Of a DNA stretch of 64,000 nucleotides, positions 53,839-64,000 are shown one piece after another. A model generated the notes under the pieces. That model was not told where the DNA came from, ran no database searches, and was given only the letters and a program-made list of their open reading frames with translations. The stretch comes from an uncultured Planctomycetaceae bacterium. GTDB taxonomy: Bacteria; Planctomycetota; Planctomycetia; Planctomycetales; Planctomycetaceae. The stretch's first letter is position 1; the number at the start of each line of letters is the position of its first letter. The translations under genes and the position numbers were made by a program. The stretch covers positions 448,001 to 512,000 of the forward strand of contig CAWFAK010000007.1 of the NCBI GenBank assembly GCA_963813715.1, written 5' to 3'.

Positions 53839-55576
53839 TCAGAGTTTGACGTAGATCTTGTGCGTTTCCAGATAACGGACGCAGGCATATGTCAGCAGCA
53901 GAAACAGGGCGAAGCCGCACAGGCAATACCAGAGAGGCGCGTCGTTCGGCACCAGCGGCTTGACCTGCTCCTCAATCACGTGATGCAGAAAATACGCGGC
54001 CAGCGCGTTCGTCCCGAACGTCCGAAAAACGCCGACGGACAATCCGCCGAGATCGCAGGCGATAACGAACAGCCCGTAAAGCGCGAACGCGAAACCCGAG
54101 GCAAACATCATGAACGACAAATTGGGCCCCCGCTTTCCCATCATCCAGTAATTCTCCGGACGATGGTTGATCGAAAGCTGCGGGTCTTTTTGCGGATCGT
54201 CGCGCGGCGGGGCGAGAAACGGTGGCTCGACCAGCAAGTCCCGCCACGAGCGTCCCTTCAGCTGTTCCCACGACGGGACCACCGGATTTTCCGCCGAGTC
54301 GAGATTGGGAAGCGCGGCCATCTGGTCCTCGATGACCTGGGACTTGGCGATCAAAGCCTCGCGACCAGCCGCGGGCTTCGTCGGTCCGTTCGCCCCGGCA
54401 TGAGCCGCGGTCATCCGTGCGCAGTTGCATGAGTAACTGCAGCCAGTTGCGCTCGGCCTGCTGCCGCAGGACCGCAACGCGCCGCGCCTCGAGTTGCGGG
54501 CCAGCGAATTCATAGACGCGCGTCAGACACGACATCGCGTAGCCAACGGCCATGAATGCCAGGCCCCACACGATGAGCCGTCGCGCCGCGGTGGCTTGCG
54601 ACTGGCTCCCAATCGTCAGGTCGTAGCACAACGTGCCCGCGAGCATGGCGATCGCCCAGGAGATCGAGCCGAAGCATCCGCCATCCCACCCGCGGCTGTG
54701 ACCAGTCATCCACACCTTCGCCAGCCAGTTGTCGTTGAGCGCGTAAAGAAAATCCCAATTGAACCACCAGGAAATCAGCAGATGAAGCGCACCGAGCCCC
54801 ACGAGCGCCGCAAACCGCCCCGCAAAGCTCCAACCGATGAACGGCAGCACGACGAGTTGCGTTACGCCGATGATCGCCAGAGTTTCCCAAAGATCAGATT
54901 TGATCAACTTGGCCACGGCAATCCGCAGATGCACCAGCATCCGCTGGTTTGCGGACAGCGCGTTCCAATTCTGGATCCGCTGCTGAGCAGCCGTGACGAA
55001 GTCGCTCTCTTCCTGGTCCGCGATCGCGGCCGCCCGCTCGGCTGCTGCTCCCGCCTTCCCTTTTTCTGCCTGCGCCGACTGCAGTGGCAGGATCCGGGCC
55101 CCCAGCGACGAAGCCAGCGCGAGGACCGTGCGCTCGTCCGCCTGCGGATTGGCGGCCCGCGCCGCTTTCACAAGTTCGTCGAACGAGTGCGTCCGCGTCG
55201 CCTTCGCGCGGAACGGCTCGAACTCCGAGGGCATCTCCGAGAACACGTTCCAATTCTTGAAGTCCGTGCCGAACCCGTACATCACCAACGAAACCACGAC
55301 GAGCGCCAACGAGCGTCGCACATACGTCCAGACGGTCGGCCAGTACCCCGCCTGCTGAACGCGTCGCAGATAGGTCAGCCGAAATGAAAAGCCGACGGCG
55401 AACAAAAAGCTCGGCATGATCGAGTCGGCGTAGCTGAACCACGTGTTGTTGTGCTTCAGCAGCGGATGAATCACCGCAAATGACGAGAGGAAATTGACAA
55501 CGAACATCCCAGCGACCGTGTAGCCGCGGAACTGGTCCATCGACGCGATACGAGAAGAGGTCTTAGAAGCGCTCAT
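53839..55576 (-). CDS. tandem paralog of 51865..53667; frameshift near 54420
   Basis: RIASMDQFRGYTVAGM, SYADSIMPSF, WETLAII, WDGG.FG, FGTNALAAY, IYVKL. Confidence 0.82.
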
Positions 55577-55784
55577 CGGATCTCTTTGGCGACGGAATTC
55601 GGAGAGTCGTCGTCCAGGATAGCGAAAAGCTCCGCACACAAGGATCGACCCAACCTGAAATCGCCCGCCTTGTTGGCCATTTCGCTCGAGTTTGGAATTG
55701 GTTATTGTCGAGGACTGCTTCGCCTGCCGGATTTGCCTGCCTCGTTGTTCCGCCCGCTTCGTTCCCGCCAAGGGACCCTGCCCG

Positions 55785-57225
55785 TTGTCGCACGCACACG
55801 CCCATGCGTTTGACACCTTCAACGCGCGCCGGCGCGAAGGTCTGGTGTTTGCCGGCCGCCGCGGCATGCTCAAAGCCGGCTTGAGTGGACTCGCCGGGCT
55901 GACGCTGCCCAACATATTGCGGGCCCGCGCCGACGCGATTCAGGGTCGCGGCACCGCGAAGAACGGCAAGAGCGTCATCTTGCTATGGATGGCCGGCGGA
56001 CCGAGCCACATCGATACCTGGGACCCAAAGCCCGAGCGGCCTCCGGAGAATCGGGGTCCGTTTGCGACCATCCCCACTCGGCTCCCCGGCGTGCGGATTT
56101 GCGAGCACTTGCCCAAGCAGGCGGCCCTCCTCGATCACTTCACGATCATTCGCTCCGTCGACGCGCACAACAGCAACCACGAGCCGAACCGCGTCTTTCA
56201 GACCGCCAACCTCGACGCCGAGCCGCGAACCAACCGCGACGGCGACAAGTATCCGGCGATCGCGTCCCTCATTGCCAAGCTCCGCGGCCCGAATCATCCG
56301 GCCATGCCGCCGTACGTGGCCTTTATGAAAGCGGCCTCGCACATCGGCTGGGGAGGCTGGCTCGGCAAGCAGTACGATCCGTTCCTCGCGAATGATGCCG
56401 CTCCCCTGCCCGTCTACACCGACGTCGGCCGAGACACGGGCCGGGTTCGGGGCGGCAACCTGTTCCGCCTGCCGCGCTCTCTGAACGCTGATCGGATTCA
56501 CTGCCGTCGGGATCTGCTGCGGAGCTTCGATCGGCTGCGCGCCGGAGCCGACGCGGACGGTTCGATGAGCGCCCTCGATTCCTATCAACAGCAGGCGGCC
56601 GATCTCTTACTCGGTCGACGCATGCAGCAGGCGCTCGATATTTCCCGCGAGTCGGAGAAAGTTCGCGACCGGTTCGGCAAGCACCTTTGGTGTCAGCAGG
56701 CTTTGCTGGCGCGACGATTGGTTCAGGCGGGCGCGGCGTTCGTGACGCTCGACCTGAGCTATCACGGCTCGTCGGGCACGTGGGATACGCACGGTGACAA
56801 CATTCCCCCCGTATGGCGGCATTCTCAAAGGCCTGGGGCCGCTGCTGCCGTTGTTCGACCATCTGATTACGGCGTTGATCCTCGATCTGAAAGAGCATGG
56901 GCTTTTGGACGACGTCCTGGTCATCGCGATGGGCGAATTTGGCCGCACGCCGATTCTCGGCACGCAAGGCAGCACCGACGGACGCAATCATTGGCCGGTC
57001 TGCATGTCCCTGGCGATGGCGGGCGGCGGCTTCCGACACGGCCAGGTGATCGGCTCGACCGAAGCCGACGGTGGGCAGGTCAAGGACCGCCCGGTAACAC
57101 CCGGCGACCTGGCCGCGACGATCTACCAGCACATGGGCGTGCCGCTGAACGCGACCTACCAGGATCCGCGTGGCCGTCCGCGGATGATCGTCGACAACGG
57201 CGCCCCCATCCGCGAGCTGATGTAA
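55785..57225 (+). CDS. DUF1501 domain protein; frameshift near 56810
   Basis: RRGMLKAG leader, GGPSHIDTWDPKP, LLARRLVQAG, WDTH, MGEFGRTP, GRNHW; start approximate. Confidence 0.9.
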
Positions 57226-58234
57226 GCCCGATCGAGTAAGCGGTCAACGCTTTTTCGGGATCGAGCTGCTTCGAGCAGTCCCGAAAACGGTGCCGCAGCG
57301 TCGCCGCATCGTCGCGATAGATCTTCTGGGCCAATCCCAGGCAGTGGGTCTGCAGCTCCTTGCGCCATTCGTCGATCAGGGCAAGCACCCGCTCGTTGAC
57401 GTCCGGCAGGCCGCCCGCCACGCACGCGGCAACTTCCACGCGAAGCATTCCCAGGTCGTGATCGTCGCCCAGCTTCTCTTCGAGTTCGTGGAGTTGCTCG
57501 GCGAGTCGCACCAGGTCAGGCGAACCGACTCGCTGCAGCAGTTGCACCTGGTGATAGAGGTATTTGGCCTGCTTGCGGCACTCGTGCAAAGTCTCTGAAG
57601 TCGTTTCCTTTTCGGCCTCGTCCAAAGCCTTGGAGCCGGCCTTGCAGGAACGACGAAGCCCGCGGCGGACTGCGCGACGACCATCACCGGGTAATGGCCA
57701 CTCCGTCGCCCGGCTCCGCCCCCGTTCGATCGCTTCCCGCAAATCGTCCATCGCTTCCACATTGCGGGCCAGCCGATCGTGGATATCGCGTTGCCGCGCC
57801 TTGAGAAATCGCGACAATGCGTCGAAAGCGGCTGGCGGGACGTCGCCGTCGCGTCGTCGCAATTTTTCGACCGCATCAACCAGAACGCGGGCATTGCGGA
57901 CCTCGGAAAATGCGGCGGCCGCGTCTCGCAGCGACTCGTTCTCTTTCCGGTAGAGTCCAGCTCCCAACTCGCCGCGAACCAGCCGCAACACGGCCCGCAC
58001 GCGTTTGAACCGCTTGCGCACGTTGTGGATGGCTTCGTCGGCCGTCGCCCCCAGGCGACACAAGTCCCGCAAGGCTTTATCCAATTGGCGACTAACGATT
58101 CGTCCAAGGTCCGCTTGAAACGGCTTACCTTGCCGAAACGCAAACGCGCCTCCCTTCGCCTTCGAACCGGATTTCCTCGTAGCGGCTGTGGGGCGTGGCG
58201 TCGGCACGCTCAGTTCCGGGATGGTTCGGCGCAA
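57080..58234 (-). CDS. CHAD domain protein (boundaries uncertain; may start at GTG 58440 via a frameshift)
   Basis: IHNVRKRFKRVRAVLRL, LHECRKQAKYLYHQ, LGDDHDL; strong AGGAGGT SD upstream of 58440. Confidence 0.85.
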   Translation of the reverse strand: MRRTIPELSVPTPRPTAATRKSGSKAKGGAFAFRQGKPFQADLGRIVSRQLDKALRDLCRLGATADEAIHNVRKRFKRVRAVLRLVRGELGAGLYRKENESLRDAAAAFSEVRNARVLVDAVEKLRRRDGDVPPAAFDALSRFLKARQRDIHDRLARNVEAMDDLREAIERGRSRATEWPLPGDGRRAVRRGLRRSCKAGSKALDEAEKETTSETLHECRKQAKYLYHQVQLLQRVGSPDLVRLAEQLHELEEKLGDDHDLGMLRVEVAACVAGGLPDVNERVLALIDEWRKELQTHCLGLAQKIYRDDAATLRHRFRDCSKQLDPEKALTAYSIGLTSARGWGRRCRRSSADGHADPGRSRSAARPCAGRSSRPGRRVLPGGP

Positions 58235-58578
58235 CTGAGACAGCGCCTTGGGGTTTCCCTGGCGGCCGCGGCTCTGGCCTTTCGAAGGCTGGCCGGCGCC
58301 TGCGACCGTTTGCGTTCCGCATCGAGCGATTCCAACGTGAGCTGCCCGTCTCGCAGGCCGAGATCAGAGTTTTTCTGCTGGGGCTGTTTCCCGGTCTCGC
58401 TCGGGTTCACATCATTGCGATTCGACTCGGTGCCACTCACGTGAATACCTCCTTCTGCGCTCGCCACAGTCAGCGAGCGGGCCGAATCCTTGGAACGGCC
58501 GCTGCCCACATCGAAGCAAACAGAATACCGAGACGCTCGGGCGGTCTGAGCGACCGAATGGGAAAGTCGGGAGCCCGG

Positions 58579-58594
58579 GGGCACAGCTTTTGCC
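58579..58594 (+). promoter_or_regulatory. candidate sigma-54 (-24/-12) promoter for the PfpI gene
   Basis: GGGCACAGCTTTTGC = GGCAC-N5-TTGC, about 55 nt upstream of ATG 58648. Confidence 0.6.
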
Positions 58595-58647
58595 CCCTTG
58601 TGCCACGGGCTGCGAGGATTTAACCGCGCAAAATCAGGAGCGAAGTC

Positions 58648-59205
58648 ATGTCGGGCGAACTGTCGGGAAAGAAAGTCGCCATCCTGGCGGCGAACGGATT
58701 TGAGCAAGTCGAGTTGACCGAGCCCAAACGAGCGCTGGAGGAAGCCGGCGCCACGGCCTCCATCGTTTCGCCGGAATCCGGCAAGGTCAAGGGTTGGAAG
58801 CTGACAAATTGGGGGGACGAGTTGCCGGTCGACGTACCGCTCGAAGAGGCCAAGGCCGATGACTTCGACGCGCTCGTCCTGCCGGGCGGAGTGATGAACC
58901 CGGACAAGCTGCGCCGCAACGAATGGGCCCTGCAATTCGTCCGGGCGTTTTTCGAGGCGGGCAAGCCGATCGCCGCCATCTGTCACGGCCCCTGGACCCT
59001 GATCGATGCCGGTGTGGTCGACGGGCGAACGATGACCTCGTACGCGTCGATCCAAACTGATCTCAAAAACGCCGGCGCAAATTGGGTCGACAAGGAGGTC
59101 GTGGTCGACAATGGGCTCGTCACCAGCCGCTGCCCGGACGATCTGCCGGCATTCAACCGCAAAATGATCGAGGAAATCGCCGAGGGCGTACACGCCCGGA
59201 CCTAG
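58648..59205 (+). CDS. PfpI/DJ-1 family type 1 glutamine amidotransferase-like protein (YhbO-like)
   Basis: GFEQVE, LVLPGG..NPDKLR, AAICHGPW, LVTSR.PDDLPAF; AGGAG SD. Confidence 0.95.
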   Translation: MSGELSGKKVAILAANGFEQVELTEPKRALEEAGATASIVSPESGKVKGWKLTNWGDELPVDVPLEEAKADDFDALVLPGGVMNPDKLRRNEWALQFVRAFFEAGKPIAAICHGPWTLIDAGVVDGRTMTSYASIQTDLKNAGANWVDKEVVVDNGLVTSRCPDDLPAFNRKMIEEIAEGVHART

Positions 59206-59418
59206 CGCGGCCCGTCTTCCGACCGACCGCACGAAGGAACCGCGCTTCAGACGCAGGTCAGAAATCTCTCACCCGATCGACCGCCCGAAGTGACGATTAG
59301 GTAACCCGCGTCGCTTGCGATGCGCCAACTCGTCGTCGAGAATGTGGATACGCACATTTCCGGCCTACGGATAGGCTGGCCTCTCTCTCACCTCTCGCCT
59401 CGATCGTCCGGTTTTCTC

Positions 59419-61830
59419 ATGCGCAAACGTTGGTTGAAAATTGCGGCCGTTGTTGCCGCCCTGGTCGTCGTTGCGGGTCTCGGAACGGGTTATTGGGCTT
59501 GGAACCTGCTCGCGGGCAGCCTACCGCAAGTCGACGGCGAGTATCGCACGCCGGGCTTGGCGCACGACGTGAAGATCGAGCGCGACGGCCTGGGCATTCC
59601 CACGATTCGTGCCGCCAATCGCAAGGACTTGGCGTTTGCCACCGGCTTTGCCCACGGCCAGGATCGCTTCTTCCAAATGGATTTGCTGCGGCGGAACTCG
59701 GCCGGCGAACTCGCGGAACTGGTCGGTTCGGCCGCGCTGCCGGTCGATCGCCGGGTCCGCGTGCACCGCTTCCGCAACGTGGCCCAGCGGATTCTGACCA
59801 CCGGCGACCCGGCCGAAACAACGGTCCTGGAATCGTACACGGCCGGAGTAAATGCCGGACTGGCGTCGCTGCGCTCCAAGCCGTTCGAGTACTACCTCTT
59901 GGGAGTCGAGCCGGCGCCGTGGAAGACGGAAGACTCCGCGCTCGTCATGTTCTCGATGTTTCTCGACCTGCAAGGTGACACCTTTGACGCCGAGACGACG
60001 CTCGGGCTGATGCACGACGAGTTGCCCGGGCCGCTGTTCGATTTTCTAGCGCCGCGCGGCACGGAATGGGACGCGCCCATGCTGGGCGAGCCGTTTCAAA
60101 CTCCTCCCATGCCGCCGGCGACCGTCTTTGACACGCGCAAATCAAACCTCGTTGCGCTGTCCGATCTCGCGCCGCTCGGCCAGCCGCCCGGCGATCCGCC
60201 GTTCCATTACGGCAGCAACAACTGGGCCATCTCCGCCAAGCGAACGGCCGACGGGCGAGCGATTGTCGCGAACGATATGCACCTGGGCATCCGCGTGCCG
60301 CACATCTGGTATCGCGCGTCATTCGTCTGGCCCGAGGCGGAGGGATCAAAGAGTGATCAGCGAATTACTGGGCTTACGCTGCCGGGCACGCCGGCGATGG
60401 TTGTGGGCAGCAACGGACACATCGCCTGGGGCTTCACCAACACCCAAGCGGACTGGGCCGACGTCGTACTGGTCGACGTCGATTCGCACGATAAAGAGTC
60501 GTATCTCACGCCGAAGGGCCCGCAAAAGTTCGAGCATCACGCCGAGACGATCAAGGTCAAGAACGAGCCGGACGCCAGGCTCGACGTCGTCGAGACGATT
60601 TGGGGCCCCGTCATCGATCATGACAGCAAGGACCGTCCTCGTGTCTGGCGCTGGGTGGCGCACGACACCGAGGGCGTGAACATGGGCCTCCTGAAAGTCG
60701 AATCGGCCCGCACACTCGAAGACTCACTCCGTCTGGCCAACCTGGCCGGCGCGCCGGACAGAATTTCGTCGTCGCGGACGACAAGGGGCGCATCGGCTGG
60801 ACGGTGATGGGCCGGCTGCCGCGTCGCATCGGCTTCGACGGCCGGCTCCCCAGTTCGTGGGCGGACGGAAAGCACCGCTGGGACGGCTATCTCAAGCCGG
60901 AAGAATATCCGCGGATCATCGATCCCGCCGATGGACGCATCTGGACGGCCAACGCCCGCGTCGTCAGCGGCGATCAGCTGGCTCGCCTGGGTGACGGTAT
61001 GTACGACCTGGGCGCTACGCGCCGGGCAAATCCGCGACGACCTGCGGAAGCTCGACAAGGCCAACGAAGCCGACATGCTGAAGATCCAGCTCGACGATCG
61101 GGCCGTTTTTCTCGAGCGCTGGCGGAAACTCTTGTTAGATACGCTCGACTCCGACGCCGTCGCGGCCGATCCGCGTCGTGCCGAACTGAAAGCGGATGTC
61201 GAAAACTGGGGAGGCCGCGCGTCGATCGATTCGGTGGGCTTCCGGGCCGTGCGACAGTTTCGCCTGGTGCTTCTGAATCAGCTGTCGGACGTCCTCGTTG
61301 CGCCGTGCAAGAAAATCAACCCGAAGTTTTCGATCGCCGGCCTCGACCGCACGGAGGGACCGGTGTGGCAGCTCGTCTCGAAACGGCCCCCCTATCTGAT
61401 CGATCCGCGCTTCAAGAACTGGAAAGAGCTGCTCCTCTCCGCGGCGGACGGCATCGTGCACGATGCCACGAAAGCCGGCGCACCGCTGGGCAACTACACC
61501 TGGGGCCGCTACAACACCACGCGGATCGCTCATCCGCTGACGATGGCCGTGCCGTCGCTGGGCCGCTGGCTCGATATGCCGTCGCAGGAGCTACCCGGCG
61601 ACTGGGACAACATGCCGCGAATCCAAACGCCGGACCACGGGGCTTCCGAGCGGCTAGCCGTCTCGCCCGGCCACGAAAGTGACGGCTATCTCCACATGCC
61701 CTGCGGCCAATCGGGACATCCGCTCTCGCCCCATTTCAGTGACCAGCACGCCGCGTGGGCCGAGGGCAAAGCCACGCCCTTTATGCCGGGACCGACCGAG
61801 AACACGCTGGTCTTGAAGCCGGCCGCCTAG
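59419..61830 (+). CDS. penicillin acylase family Ntn-hydrolase; frameshifts near 60755 and 61015
   Basis: IERDGLGIPTI, GFAHGQDRFFQMDLLRR, GSNNW (catalytic Ser), ANDMHL, WGFTN, TANAR, GQSGHPLSPH. Confidence 0.93.
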
Positions 61831-61894
61831 GGCAGGACCGGCACCGGCATCACCTAGGCGCTCGCCATCGAAGCGTGCCCAGTCGAGGCATTCT

Positions 61895-62853
61895 TCAAAC
61901 GTCGCACGCGTGCACGGCCTGTCGCAATCCGTCGAGGGGCGCCCGGGTCGGAATAAACTCCTGCCCGACGTAGCCGGTGTAGCCAAGATCCAAGAGTTTT
62001 TTGATCACGGGCGGATACAGGATCTCCTGGTTTTCATCCAGTTCGCCGCGGCCGGGGTTTCCAGCCGTATGGACGTGTCCCAGGATGTCCTTCGTCTGCT
62101 CGAGGCGCCGAATCAGATCGCCGTGCATGATCTGCACATGGTAGATGTCGAACAGCAGCTTCACTCGCGGCGACCTAACGCGACGGATGATTTCGGCCAC
62201 GCGGTCGAGATCGTCTCCCTGATAGCCGGGGTGCCCCTTCATCGGATGCGAGTGGTCGCGACTATTGAGGTGCTCGATGCAAATGTTGACCTTCTTCCGC
62301 TCGGCGTGGCCGGCGATTTCCTTTAGTCCGGTAACGCAGCTTTCGATCCCCTCTTCGAGCGAAATTTCGCCGCTGGTCGGAATCTTCCGGATTTCGCCAC
62401 TTGTAGCCGACGAAGCCGATCACGCTGGGAACGTTCGCCTCCGCGCAGGCATCGATCGTTTCCCGCGTCCGCGTCAGCAGCTCCGCCCGATGGGCCGAAT
62501 TGTTGAATCCTCGTTTGAAGGGCGCACCCGGCATACCGTTGGGAGCAATCGCGCAGGTGAGCCCGTGGCGGCGCAGACACCGGCCAGGTTGACGGTTCGC
62601 ACAGCTCCACGGAGACGCAGCCCAATTGGCGGGCAACCTGGCACGTCCGCTCCACGTCCCATTTCTCGCCAGCCGTGTTAAAGCACCAGAACACAATCGA
62701 TTGCTTGATGCGACCACAAAGCGGCGTATCCTCACCGCCGCCGCCAGACGCGAGCGCCAAACCGGGAATCGCGGAGGCGGCCGCGGCGATGGTCCCCTGC
62801 AACAACTGACGACGTCCCATTCCGGTCTCCGGTCGATCTGCTGTGGGCACCAT
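61895..62853 (-). CDS. hydroxypyruvate isomerase family TIM-barrel protein with Tat-like leader; 2 frameshifts
   Basis: GRRQLL leader, IKQSIVFWC, KLLFDIYHVQIMHGD, HVHTAGNPGR, GYVGQEF. Confidence 0.88.
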
Positions 62854-62884
62854 GCTGCGCGTCTCCTGGCGTGAAAAGAATGGA

Positions 62885-64000
62885 TTACTTTGCGGGGGCG
62901 GTCGTCGACGGAACGGCCTCGAAGGCGAGCAACCCGCCGTTGGCAATGTCTTGATGCGTGATCCAAGTCCGGTCGACGACTTTGCCGTTCACACGAACGC
63001 GTTCCGCCGCTGGTGTTGCGGAAGGTGCTGGGGAGTTCGCCGTAATGATCAGCCGACGATCCCCTGACTGAATCTCCGCCCGCTTCCACAGCGGGGTTAC
63101 CAACTCGGAGCGCTCGGACCCGGCGGTCGGAAAAATACCGAGAGAGCTCAGCACATACCAGGCGGAGATTGTTCCTCCGTCGTCGTTGCCGTCGAGTCCG
63201 TTTTCTTCGTCGCCGTATTTGTGCTCGAGGATCCAGTGGACCCACTTCCGGGTCAAATCGGGCCGGCCGGCTGAATTGAACAAGTACACGGAATAGATGT
63301 CGGGTTGATTCCCGTGCCAGTAGTAGGCGTTCGGCGCCACGCTGACCTCAGGGGCCGAATGGGCAAAGAACTCCTCGAGCTCGCTGACGAAATACGGCTT
63401 GCTCTTGAAGAGTCCGACGAGAGCCGGGCCGTCGAACGGCACGCCCCACCGCCATTGCAGGGCGCTCCCCTCGACATAGGCGTGCGTGTATTTGCCGCCG
63501 CGGTCGAAATAGGTCAGCAACAACGGTCGGAAATCCTCGTCGAATTTTCCGTGCGAATCCCGCGGCTGGAAGTACTGCGTGGCCGGGTTCCAGAGCTGCC
63601 GATACGAGAGGGCGTGCTTCGCAAAAAGGGCTGCGTCGTCGGTGTGCCCCAGCGCGGCGGCGAGTCGGGCGATGGAATGGTCGGCATACGAGTACTCGAG
63701 CGTCCGCGCGACGGACTGCTTCATCAAGTCGGACGGGCAGTAGCCGAATTTAAGATAGTCCTCGATCCCCGCCCGACCAGAAAACCGCGAGTTCTGCGTC
63801 GGCCCCAAGGCCGCTTTCCGCATCGCCTGGTAGGCGGCCTCGACGTCGAAATCGCGGATCCCCCTGAGATAAGTGTCGGTCAGCATGATGTCGGCCGGCG
63901 TCCCGAACATCGAGTTTGAGTAGCCGTTTCCGGACGGCCAGCGTGGCAAGTAGCCCCCCTGCTTCGACATCTCGACGAGCGAGACGGCCATGTCTCGCTG
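62885..64000 (-). CDS. GH92 alpha-mannosidase family glycoside hydrolase (5' part outside the window)
   Basis: LPRW..M.G, ARTLEYSYAD, YVEG, YWHGNQP, GNDDGGTISAWYVLSSLGIFP. Confidence 0.93.
   Translation of the reverse strand, partial: QRDMAVSLVEMSKQGGYLPRWPSGNGYSNSMFGTPADIMLTDTYLRGIRDFDVEAAYQAMRKAALGPTQNSRFSGRAGIEDYLKFGYCPSDLMKQSVARTLEYSYADHSIARLAAALGHTDDAALFAKHALSYRQLWNPATQYFQPRDSHGKFDEDFRPLLLTYFDRGGKYTHAYVEGSALQWRWGVPFDGPALVGLFKSKPYFVSELEEFFAHSAPEVSVAPNAYYWHGNQPDIYSVYLFNSAGRPDLTRKWVHWILEHKYGDEENGLDGNDDGGTISAWYVLSSLGIFPTAGSERSELVTPLWKRAEIQSGDRRLIITANSPAPSATPAAERVRVNGKVVDRTWITHQDIANGGLLAFEAVPSTTAPAK

Overview
GC-rich bacterial chromosomal segment, almost certainly from a planctomycete (Planctomycetia). 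The evidence is two DUF1501 genes, a PSD1/planctomycete cytochrome c (DUF1549/DUF1553) gene and a Cys/Val/Thr-repeat secreted protein. About 52 genes can be supported. Housekeeping: ispF-cysS-ruvC-ruvA, gltA, thpR, mscL, pcm. Transport and phosphate: an EmrAB-TolC-like efflux operon and phosphate-related genes. Signalling: a hybrid PAS histidine kinase, EAL-HDOD and PilZ proteins. Stress: USP, PfpI, BON and YbhB. Hydrolases: penicillin acylase family and GH92. By my count more than 30 single-base frameshifts interrupt otherwise intact genes, including ruvC. This points to uncorrected long-read indel errors rather than mass pseudogenisation, so many gene ends are approximate. I recognised no rRNA, tRNA or CRISPR array. 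Most notable observations: (1) a ~600-aa secreted protein with two equal-length 14/28-aa Cys repeat arms around a Cys-Gly hinge, suggesting a giant disulfide-laddered beta-hairpin fibre; (2) a 1.3-kb non-coding tract with about 29 same-strand GGGAC motifs interleaved with several hairpins; (3) a 981-bp IS inserted exactly into the loop of a REP-like palindrome; (4) a CFA-like methyltransferase plus geranylgeranyl-reductase-like gene pair resembling methyl-branched fatty acid synthesis; (5) a PIMT with an apparent signal peptide.
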